The position numbers and the translations under genes are program-made. A stretch of DNA of 64,000 nt from Pseudomonadota bacterium (GTDB taxonomy: Bacteria > UBA10199 > 2-02-FULL-44-16 > JAAZCA01): assembly GCA_043798915.1 (NCBI GenBank), contig JAZDOG010000090.1, forward strand, positions 8,229 to 72,228, read 5' to 3'. This document shows positions 56,915-64,000 of the stretch, in pieces. The notes under the pieces were generated by a model. That model saw only the letters and a program-made list of their open reading frames with translations. It did no database searches and was not told where the DNA came from. Each line of letters starts with the position of its first letter. Position 1 is the first letter of the stretch.

Positions 56915-56958
56915 CTCTTTTCCCTCTCCCCTTGTGGGAGAGGGTCAGGGTGAGGGGG
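56915..56958. repeat. BoxC-like half element, family B
   Basis: ctcttttccctctccccttgtgggagagggtcagggtgaggggg fills the ctpA-pfk gap. Confidence 0.88.
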
Positions 56959-56965
56959 AAATTAT

Positions 56966-58012
56966 ATGAGCAAGCGAATCGGAATGCTGACCGGCGGGGG
57001 CGATTGCCCCGGCTTGAACGCGGTGATCAGGGCGGTCGTGCGACGGGCCATAAAACACGGCGGATACGACGTCATCGGCATCAAACACGGCTGGCGGGGC
57101 CTCGTTCAGACGGAGACCATGAAGCTCGAGCGCATGGACGTCACCGGCATCCTCTATCGCGGCGGGACGATACTCGGCACAAGCAGGACCAACATATTCA
57201 AAGACAGCGCCACGGCGAAGGAAGCGATCTCAAATCTGAAGAAGATGAAACTCCATGGGCTGATCGCCATCGGCGGCGAGGATACACTCGGCATCGCGAA
57301 GAAACTCACCGACGAAGGGTTCAATATAGTCGGGGTGCCGAAGACGATCGACAACGACCTCCTGGGCACGGACTTCACGTTCGGGTTCGATACCGCCGTT
57401 GAGACCGCAACGGATGCGATCGACCGGCTCCACACGACGGCCGAGTCGCACGACCGCGTTCTTGTCTGCGAGGTGATGGGCCGCCATGCCGGATGGATCG
57501 CCGCCTATGCCGGGCTTGCCGGCGGCGCCGACTGCATCCTCATACCGGAGAAGCCGATAGACGTCGACGAGGTCTGCGACATGATATGGCGCAGACATCA
57601 GAAGGGAATATGCTTCAGCATCATAGCGGTCGCCGAGGGCGCGAAGATAAAGATGGACGGCAGCGAGAAGGAGATCCTGGCATCCAGACACCTGGACGAC
57701 TTCGGCCACGTGCAGCTCGGGGGCATCGGCCATCTGCTGGCCAATCTCATCGAGGAGAAGACCGGCTACGACACGCGCGTGACGGTCCTGGGCCACGTCC
57801 AGCGCGGCGGCAGGCCCACCGCGCACGACCGCGTGCTCGCCACGCGCTTTGGCGTCGCCGCGATGGACGCGGTTCACGCCGGCCACTTCGGCGTCATGGT
57901 CGCGCTCGACGGCAAGGACATCATCGAGATCCCGCTCTCAACGGTCACCGGAGGCTTAAAGACCGTGGACGAGGATTTCTACGAGATGACGAAGACGTTC
58001 TGGGGGTACTAG
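56966..58012 (+). CDS. pfkA: 6-phosphofructokinase, probably PPi-dependent
   Basis: TGGGDCPGLN, GGEDT, PKTIDND, EVMGR, GHVQRGG. Confidence 0.94.
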   Translation: MSKRIGMLTGGGDCPGLNAVIRAVVRRAIKHGGYDVIGIKHGWRGLVQTETMKLERMDVTGILYRGGTILGTSRTNIFKDSATAKEAISNLKKMKLHGLIAIGGEDTLGIAKKLTDEGFNIVGVPKTIDNDLLGTDFTFGFDTAVETATDAIDRLHTTAESHDRVLVCEVMGRHAGWIAAYAGLAGGADCILIPEKPIDVDEVCDMIWRRHQKGICFSIIAVAEGAKIKMDGSEKEILASRHLDDFGHVQLGGIGHLLANLIEEKTGYDTRVTVLGHVQRGGRPTAHDRVLATRFGVAAMDAVHAGHFGVMVALDGKDIIEIPLSTVTGGLKTVDEDFYEMTKTFWGY

Positions 58013-58134
58013 GGCACTCTAAGGCATACAAATCGTCACTGCCAGTTTCTCCAACAATTCGATAGTGAGGGTCCTTCGTCTTTTTTCCCGCATCCGCAAT
58101 GAGGGCACGGCGGCTTGGTTTTTATCGCGACTCA

Positions 58135-58182
58135 ATGTTATGTATTCCAATTTATTTAGATATAAATTGAAATGCATAACAT
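58135..58182. promoter_or_regulatory. 21-bp inverted-repeat operator (AbiE-type)
   Basis: atgttatgtattccaatttat-N6-ataaattgaaatgcataacat, two mismatches. Confidence 0.7.
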
Positions 58183-58272
58183 GTATAGCGATCTCGAATA
58201 GCGGGAAATCTTTAACCTTCAACATATACACTCTTCAAAGTGGCCGGCATGATCACGGGAGAGGGGGAATAG
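58181..58272 (+). pseudogene. Probable collapsed AbiEii-type toxin remnant
   Basis: ATG right after the operator reads MYSDLE*REIFNL. A different frame reads LFKVAGMITGEGE* with its TAG overlapping the GTG of the antitoxin. Confidence 0.4.
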
Positions 58273-58904
58273 TGGCGGGAAAGGCCGGCATCTGGAAGAC
58301 GATCCTTGAGCTCGACCGTTTTGTTTTTACCACGCGCGAGATCGCGGCCCTCGCCGGTTCGAGCGTGTCCGCGATGACGCAGGGCCTTGCGCGGCTTGAA
58401 AAAGCCGGAATACTCAAGAAGGTTTTGCGGGGCGTATGGGCCCTGAGCGGGGACAGGCGCTTCAGCGCATTTGACGTCGTTCCGTTCCTCGACGCCGGCC
58501 GTCTATGCTATGTCTCCTTTGTCAGCGCCATGCATGCGCACGGGATGATAAGCCAGATACCTCAGCTTATCACCGTTGCTGCAACCTCGCATGGGCGGCG
58601 CATCTCTACGCCTGTCGGGACCTTTCTGGTCCACCAGATAGGGCCGGAACTGTTCAGGGGCTATGACTGGTCGAGAAACGGCCGCTTCCTTATCGCAGAG
58701 CCCGAAAAGGCGCTCATCGACAGCCTCTACATCGCAAGCAGGCGCGGCAGGCGCTACTCTGCGTTTCCGGAGATCGAGTTCCAGCGCGGATTCAGCAAGG
58801 CGAGGGCCCGGGGATGGCTTGAGGAGATCAAGGATCCCGCGCTCCGAAAGTCAGTGGGATTCAAATTGGAGAAGGTATTGTCCGCCAAAGCCGCCCGGCG
58901 ATAA
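58272..58904 (+). CDS. AbiEi-like type IV TA antitoxin (wHTH plus C-terminal domain)
   Basis: VFTTREIA..LARLEKAG..RGVW; YVSFVSAMHAHGMISQIP; IAEPEKALIDSLY; GTG start after gagggg. Confidence 0.85.
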   Translation: MAGKAGIWKTILELDRFVFTTREIAALAGSSVSAMTQGLARLEKAGILKKVLRGVWALSGDRRFSAFDVVPFLDAGRLCYVSFVSAMHAHGMISQIPQLITVAATSHGRRISTPVGTFLVHQIGPELFRGYDWSRNGRFLIAEPEKALIDSLYIASRRGRRYSAFPEIEFQRGFSKARARGWLEEIKDPALRKSVGFKLEKVLSAKAARR

Positions 58905-58962
58905 AGGAAAAACCTTTATTTTTCAAGGCGATATCTTTTTTGTCTCCGATCGTATTATTCTG

Positions 58963-58989
58963 ACAACAAATTCCGTTTTCTGCCGATAA
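58963..58989 (+). promoter_or_regulatory. Sigma28/FliA-like promoter
   Basis: ACAA-N15-GCCGATAA upstream of the M16 gene. Confidence 0.55.
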
Positions 58990-59011
58990 TATGGTAAGAG
59001 GGACGCTATTT

Positions 59012-62000
59012 ATGCAGGGAAAAGGGATCAGGGCGGTGTTGCATGAAATTGAGATCTATTTCAGATCCAATGGCCAAAATTCCGCTTCACTGCCTCGTCT
59101 TAAATTTCATGATAAGGATGGTGACGGGCGAATAGATCTGTTTGGGCCTCCCGGGCATAGGTATGAATCCAAATATCAGGAAGTTCCAAGAGAATGGGCA
59201 GAGGTTCTTTGGCCAATAGCCAATAACCATCAGGAATCCTCAGGCGTTGAACTCTCCCTTGAAGACTGGATGGCTCACAAGCAATCATTGAAACCGAGCG
59301 ATTCTGGGCGCGTGGTCATGCCAAATGGATTGCAGGTGATCGTCGAATATGACCCAGGCCGCCCCTTGGTATGGATTGGTTTCGCAGTCTTCGCTGGTTC
59401 AATTGATGAAAAACCACGAATGCCTGTGAGTCACGCGCTCGAACATGTCATTGTTGGCGGAGGTCCGCTTGGCAATCGTAAGGAGATTGAAGAAAAAATG
59501 ATCGGGCTGGGCGCCCATGGGGCTGGCGCCAGCATGACTTATGACAGGACATCCTATACCCTGTATTCAGACCCGGCTCATGTGGATGCGGCATTCATGG
59601 TGTGGGATCAGATGTTGACAAATAGGTACTATGATCAGAGGCGGGTTGCTGACGAAATCAATGGCATATTGCTGGAAGAGCTGAGGCGCAATCAAAGCGA
59701 CGCGCGAACAGTTGCGATTGAACGGTTCAGCGCCGGCTTATATCCGGGACATCCATTCGGCGGGCAAATTAGCGGCGATATAGATGCTATGAAAAAGTTG
59801 TCAGTGAGAGATTTGATCGAATACCACGACAATACATATGTTCCGAATAATATCGCAGTCAAATTCTCGGGTCCGATCACGAAGGATGCCGCACTCAAAA
59901 TTGTGATGGAGAGCAAAATAGGTCGTATGCGGCCGAGTATAGTTGAGAGACCTAATCTGACGGTTGCGCCTCAAGGGCATCCTACAATTGAAATACTGGC
60001 ATCCGGAACTCCAGAAATGCCTTCGACCAAGGTTACAGAAGCTTTTACCGGATGTCGTGTGCTGCCGTGGTACAACAGGGCGGATGGGGCCTCTTTGGAA
60101 GTCGCTTTTTATATCATCAGAGAACGCCTGCAGCGTGAACTTGTAAAAACAGGAAAGATCAATAAGGCCGGAATAGGCGAAATCAGCGCCGGCGGCGTGG
60201 GAAGAATCAGGCTGGCGCTATCGGGTTCGGCTGATAAAATTCCAGATGCCCTGTTTGACGCAAGGCGCATCGTGGAAGAAATCAAAAGATATCCCGCAGC
60301 TGATGCAGAGGTGGAAAGCGCAAAGCGCGCATTGCTTGCGGAAGACTTATTCGATCGGGAAGCAGGAAAGAACCGCTTGATGCCTGAGCTTCAAAATGCC
60401 CGCTATGTGGATACCGTGGCTGATAGAAAACTGTGGCTGGATGGCATCCGAGGCTCGAACTCCGCTAAGATACAAAGGGCTGCACAAAAGCATCTGGCTG
60501 AGTTTGGTTCCCATACTTTAATAGTTTTGGAAGAGGGCAGGAAACAGAATGAGTTCGTGTCAGGGCAGAAACTATTGGAGAGCATGCAGGCGATATCATC
60601 GGCAGGGGTTGATGCGCCCAAGAATGCTGCGGAAGAAAAAACTGATTTTCCAGAGATTCGCCTTCCCGATGATTTTCAGATCAGTATGATACTGGCTGGA
60701 AATCCAGAAACGTTGTCGGACGGTCGTTTGCGTTATCGGCTTTCCAACGGGGTTGTGGTGACGCACGTCCCAACCGTGGAGGGGGATGTGATGGCCGCCG
60801 CCTTGTTTTCTCCGTTTGGAAGCGGCAGCGATCCATTGGGAAAAGAAGGGCTGAGAGAACTTCTTAAAAACAATCTTTTCCGTGGCACGAGCGATATTCC
60901 CCTTAAGGCATTCAGGCAGGAAATGGATTATCTAGGGGCAAGGTATGGCGCTAATAACGGCCGCGAAGATTTTTCTATCTTGCTGGAATCACCAAACGCA
61001 ACATTTGCTGATGCCTTTCAGCTGCTGCTGCATGTCGTCCAGAATCCAAGGCTTGGCGATGATGATCTGCAGAAGACCAGGCTGCAGATAAAAAATGACA
61101 GAATGTCCATGGAAAATGATCCTGTGTCGATGTCAACCAATATCCCGGAGGCCGATCTTTACCCAAACAAAAATGCAGTTCGGCCCATTTTTGGAAGCGA
61201 CACAGCACTTGGATGCATCGCGCGTGAAGATTTGAACGCATATAGAAGAATGTTGTTCGATCCTCGAAGGCTTGAAATCACCATTGGAGGCCGCTTTCCG
61301 GATAAACGTGCTTTGGATAAAGTTTTGTATGCGCTTTCGCTTATGACCGCAGCTGATGGCTTGAAGATAATTTCTGATGGGCCGCAGCCGAGCATGGATC
61401 AGTTTCCATCTTCTGTTGTGACGGTGTCAAATGAAGAGCAGCGAAAGTCTCTGGGTGTAATCGATAAGCAGACTGCTGTTAAATATTTGCCGCGGAAGAC
61501 AGCTATCGACCATCTATCGATAACTGCGGTGGGACCTGAGCGAAACAGTCCGGATTTTCCGTATGCTGCGGCCTTCAGCGTGCTGTATGACGACAGACTG
61601 TTTTATAGGTTGACGTATGGAATGAAGGTGGGCCGAGACAATGCGAAGGGGTATATTTATAAGACTTTGTTGAAGAACAAGACTAACGAATTCAGCCAGA
61701 ACGTGCTCTTGAGTCATGAATTCGAATGCAAGCCATCGGAAATAGGAACAGTCCTGGCGGACATTCGTGACGAATATGATGAGGCGACGGGTCATGCGCC
61801 TGGTGCGCATGGGTTGACTCAGGATGAGTTGAGAATTAGGATGCAGAATGAAAGGCTGGATTGGTTGAAATCGCTAGAGAGCAACATAGGCAAAGTCAAG
61901 AATTCGATTGAATGGGATCATCACCCATGGTTTTTCCGGGAAACGGACGGGAAAATTGTGGAAGTGCGTGATCGCGAAGAGGTCTATCGCAGGCTTATGA

Positions 62001-62092
62001 ATCTTCCGATAGATAAGGTCATAGAAATCGGCGGCGGTTATTTCAATCCGTCTCGCGTGCGGGAGTTGACTGTTGTAGGTCAGCTGCCATGA
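59012..62092 (+). CDS. M16 (pitrilysin/insulinase-like) zinc protease, divergent
   Basis: MPNGLQVIV..AGSIDE..SHALEH (HxxEH); second half LSNGVVV..GSGSDPLGKEGL lacks the Zn motif; alternative ATG 58991. Confidence 0.88.
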   Translation: MQGKGIRAVLHEIEIYFRSNGQNSASLPRLKFHDKDGDGRIDLFGPPGHRYESKYQEVPREWAEVLWPIANNHQESSGVELSLEDWMAHKQSLKPSDSGRVVMPNGLQVIVEYDPGRPLVWIGFAVFAGSIDEKPRMPVSHALEHVIVGGGPLGNRKEIEEKMIGLGAHGAGASMTYDRTSYTLYSDPAHVDAAFMVWDQMLTNRYYDQRRVADEINGILLEELRRNQSDARTVAIERFSAGLYPGHPFGGQISGDIDAMKKLSVRDLIEYHDNTYVPNNIAVKFSGPITKDAALKIVMESKIGRMRPSIVERPNLTVAPQGHPTIEILASGTPEMPSTKVTEAFTGCRVLPWYNRADGASLEVAFYIIRERLQRELVKTGKINKAGIGEISAGGVGRIRLALSGSADKIPDALFDARRIVEEIKRYPAADAEVESAKRALLAEDLFDREAGKNRLMPELQNARYVDTVADRKLWLDGIRGSNSAKIQRAAQKHLAEFGSHTLIVLEEGRKQNEFVSGQKLLESMQAISSAGVDAPKNAAEEKTDFPEIRLPDDFQISMILAGNPETLSDGRLRYRLSNGVVVTHVPTVEGDVMAAALFSPFGSGSDPLGKEGLRELLKNNLFRGTSDIPLKAFRQEMDYLGARYGANNGREDFSILLESPNATFADAFQLLLHVVQNPRLGDDDLQKTRLQIKNDRMSMENDPVSMSTNIPEADLYPNKNAVRPIFGSDTALGCIAREDLNAYRRMLFDPRRLEITIGGRFPDKRALDKVLYALSLMTAADGLKIISDGPQPSMDQFPSSVVTVSNEEQRKSLGVIDKQTAVKYLPRKTAIDHLSITAVGPERNSPDFPYAAAFSVLYDDRLFYRLTYGMKVGRDNAKGYIYKTLLKNKTNEFSQNVLLSHEFECKPSEIGTVLADIRDEYDEATGHAPGAHGLTQDELRIRMQNERLDWLKSLESNIGKVKNSIEWDHHPWFFRETDGKIVEVRDREEVYRRLMNLPIDKVIEIGGGYFNPSRVRELTVVGQLP

Positions 62093-62109
62093 ACGACTTT
62101 GGGTCAATC

Positions 62110-62579
62110 TCAAATGTCGATAGCCGATGGCTGTGTGCCCTCAGCCCTTAGTTCGTCTGTCAAACCAAAAATGTTTTTATAGAAACCGGCAAATCCTTTT
62201 TTGATCGTGCCTGCATCGCAAAAAATATCATACTCATTCTTTCGTTTGCGATAGGCAAATTTCAGAGGAGCAATAAACGATAGAGCCCATTCACCAAAAC
62301 CAAGATTGCTGTTGAAGTGCGCATGTGTGCGGTAGACAGTCTTAAATTGCCGACGATAATCCTTTCTAAGAAAATAGCTGTCTTCCTTGAAGCCGTCTGG
62401 ATTTGACAATAAAACATATTCATCATCAATAAATTCCAAGGATTTAAGCAAGCCGTATACATACGTTTCAAATTCCGGGAGCAATAAGGGATGTTCACAT
62501 ATAGCGTCAGATAATCATTCGGTTCCCTGACTTTTAGATATTTGTTCCACGTTTTTTGTATTCGCGAAAAATCACTCAT
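62110..62579 (-). pseudogene. HemN-like radical SAM gene with an internal deletion/frameshift
   Basis: LTLYVNIPYC breaks off at the first Cys of CxxxCxxC; another frame continues from about 62480 and contains NLGFGEWALSFI. Confidence 0.6.
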
Positions 62580-62651
62580 TATAAAAACTCCGAATAAAAC
62601 GCACCAATACTCACAGGACCAGTCGAGCGTTTAATGTTGCAATTGACGGAA

Positions 62652-63599
62652 TCAAACCCTTGAGCGTCTTGCTGATCGCGATTTGGGGTCAGGACGCTCT
62701 TCGATGGGTTTGAATTCATCGGCTCCAAAAGTCTCAAGATAAAATAAATATACGCCTCGGCAAAGTGGATTCTTTGTGCATCTGTTGCAGGCTTTTATTT
62801 TTGTCCACTTTGTGTCTGATATCTCCTTGGTAAAAAATAACTGTCCCATTTCAAAATCAGCTTTTTTTGAAACAGACATGAGGTTCAATCGTGACCGATC
62901 AACTGATAAATCTTCAAGTACGCACGGAGGGAACCTGACAAAATATGTTTTTTTGAATTTGCGCGAATCCAATATTTTTTTGATATATGGTTTTGCCTTG
63001 CTATAAGAAACTGCTAAAGCATGACGATTCTTCAGTGCATTTCCCATGCCCTCCATCCACACAAACTGTATCCTGTCGACGTTTAGATCGTAGAGGAATG
63101 AATTTATTTTTGGAATTAGTTTGTAATTCTTTTTATTTATGACTGTGTTGCTTATTATAAAAAGCTTATTCTTCTTTATATTTCTTATTCCACTGATTGT
63201 TTGCTGAAAGGATTTTGTGTTTGTCAGTAAATTGTGCGTTTTCTCGTCTCCATGCACTGAGACCAGAAACCTTACAGGCAATCCTCTGAACATGTCGGCA
63301 AATCTTTTATACGAGAACATCCTTCCGTTTGTTTGTACCTCAAGGTTGAGCCTATTATCAAAAACGCACTTGCAAATATCAAGAAAATCGTCCCTGATCG
63401 TCGGCTCACCCCCCGTAAGAGCAATCTCTTTGACTCCCAGCGATTTGGCCTGCTTGATCTTTTCCTTGATTTCATCTGAAGAAAGATCTGAAAACCCTTT
63501 TTTGTCTGCATTAAGGCAAAAAAGGCAATTGTTGTTGCAGGTAAATCCTACCTTGATTTCCGCCTGATTGATTACATTGGTTTTTTCTTTTCTTTTCAT
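62652..63599 (-). CDS. Radical SAM protein (HxsC-like, with C-terminal Cys motif)
   Basis: CNNNCLFC, LTGGEPT, QTNGRMF, C-terminal CNRC...CRG; AT-rich. Confidence 0.9.
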   Translation of the reverse strand: MKRKEKTNVINQAEIKVGFTCNNNCLFCLNADKKGFSDLSSDEIKEKIKQAKSLGVKEIALTGGEPTIRDDFLDICKCVFDNRLNLEVQTNGRMFSYKRFADMFRGLPVRFLVSVHGDEKTHNLLTNTKSFQQTISGIRNIKKNKLFIISNTVINKKNYKLIPKINSFLYDLNVDRIQFVWMEGMGNALKNRHALAVSYSKAKPYIKKILDSRKFKKTYFVRFPPCVLEDLSVDRSRLNLMSVSKKADFEMGQLFFTKEISDTKWTKIKACNRCTKNPLCRGVYLFYLETFGADEFKPIEERPDPKSRSARRSRV

Positions 63600-63696
63600 T
63601 TTAATTGTTCCATCGCAAACCCATGGGCGTAAGCACATGGATAAAGTAAATTCCGACATCGTCAGGTCCTGGCCTTCCAAAGAAGGTCTACCTATT

Positions 63697-63999
63697 CTAT
63701 CTCTTCGCTCTCTTTTTCACTGAGCGTATCTTCCGTGGTTTTTCGCTGACTCCTCTTTTCTTTCCTGCCGCTTCGCTGACGTGCCTCACGACATCGGCCA
63801 GTTCATAAGGCTGCTTTATGATCAGGCAGGCCGCTTCGAGTTTCTTCGGAAGCGTCGGGCGGCAGCCCCCGCGCGGGAGGAGGATGACGAGTCGCGGTGC
63901 GCTGGGCTTTGCTCCTTTGATCTTCTGTATGACCCGATTCAACTCGGCCTGGGCCTTCATATCCGAAGCGATCGCCTCGTACAAAACGACATCCGTTTT
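63697..63999 (-). CDS. Receiver-like protein, 5'-partial
   Basis: Frame is open to the window edge: KTDVVLYE...LVILL...IIKQPYEL, a degenerate CheY-like pattern. Confidence 0.45.
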   Translation of the reverse strand, partial: KTDVVLYEAIASDMKAQAELNRVIQKIKGAKPSAPRLVILLPRGGCRPTLPKKLEAACLIIKQPYELADVVRHVSEAAGKKRGVSEKPRKIRSVKKRAKR

Positions 64000-64000
64000 T

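Noticed and set aside
3039..56958. Repeats as a CRISPR array or integron attC sites
   Set aside because: The copies are dispersed, not regularly spaced; no cas or integrase genes and no attC R-box ends were seen.
58019..58120. Minus-strand fragment RRRTLTIELLEKLA resembling an XRE tail
   Set aside because: Too short and degenerate to support a call.

Overview
64-kb chromosomal segment of a GC-rich, probably anaerobic Deltaproteobacteria/Myxococcota-like bacterium (inferred from MglA, a Hanks kinase, sigma54 promoters, POR and a PPi-type PFK). Core blocks: xseA-xseB-ispA, yjbQ plus a form IV RuBisCO-like protein, a GH57-based glycogen cluster (glgC, two GH57s, galT-like, glgA, COG2403 GTPase), kce, porCDAB translationally coupled to a HydCBA/NuoEFG-like flavin module with no catalytic domain, mglA-tal-folK-dapB-dapA-dapF, and rho-ctpA-pfk. 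Accessory content: intact TA pairs, three AAA+/PD-(D/E)XK ATPases, a peptidase M15 plus lipoprotein cassette between inverted repeats, a 2174-aa signal-peptide RHS protein with an L,D-transpeptidase-like tip, and a dead type III R-M system. Patterns outside the gene calls: (1) up to five genes (three TA toxins, Mod, a radical SAM gene) appear collapsed by large internal deletions that leave both ends while the cognate antitoxins survive; (2) a dispersed BoxC/REP-like palindrome family, one copy inside a complete MITE (GTAACTATTCAG ends, 8-bp TSD) and another inserted in frame in xseA; (3) an orphan MglA with natural G21A and Q82E substitutions. No rRNA, tRNA or CRISPR array was recognised. All family assignments come from motif recognition by eye, not database searches.
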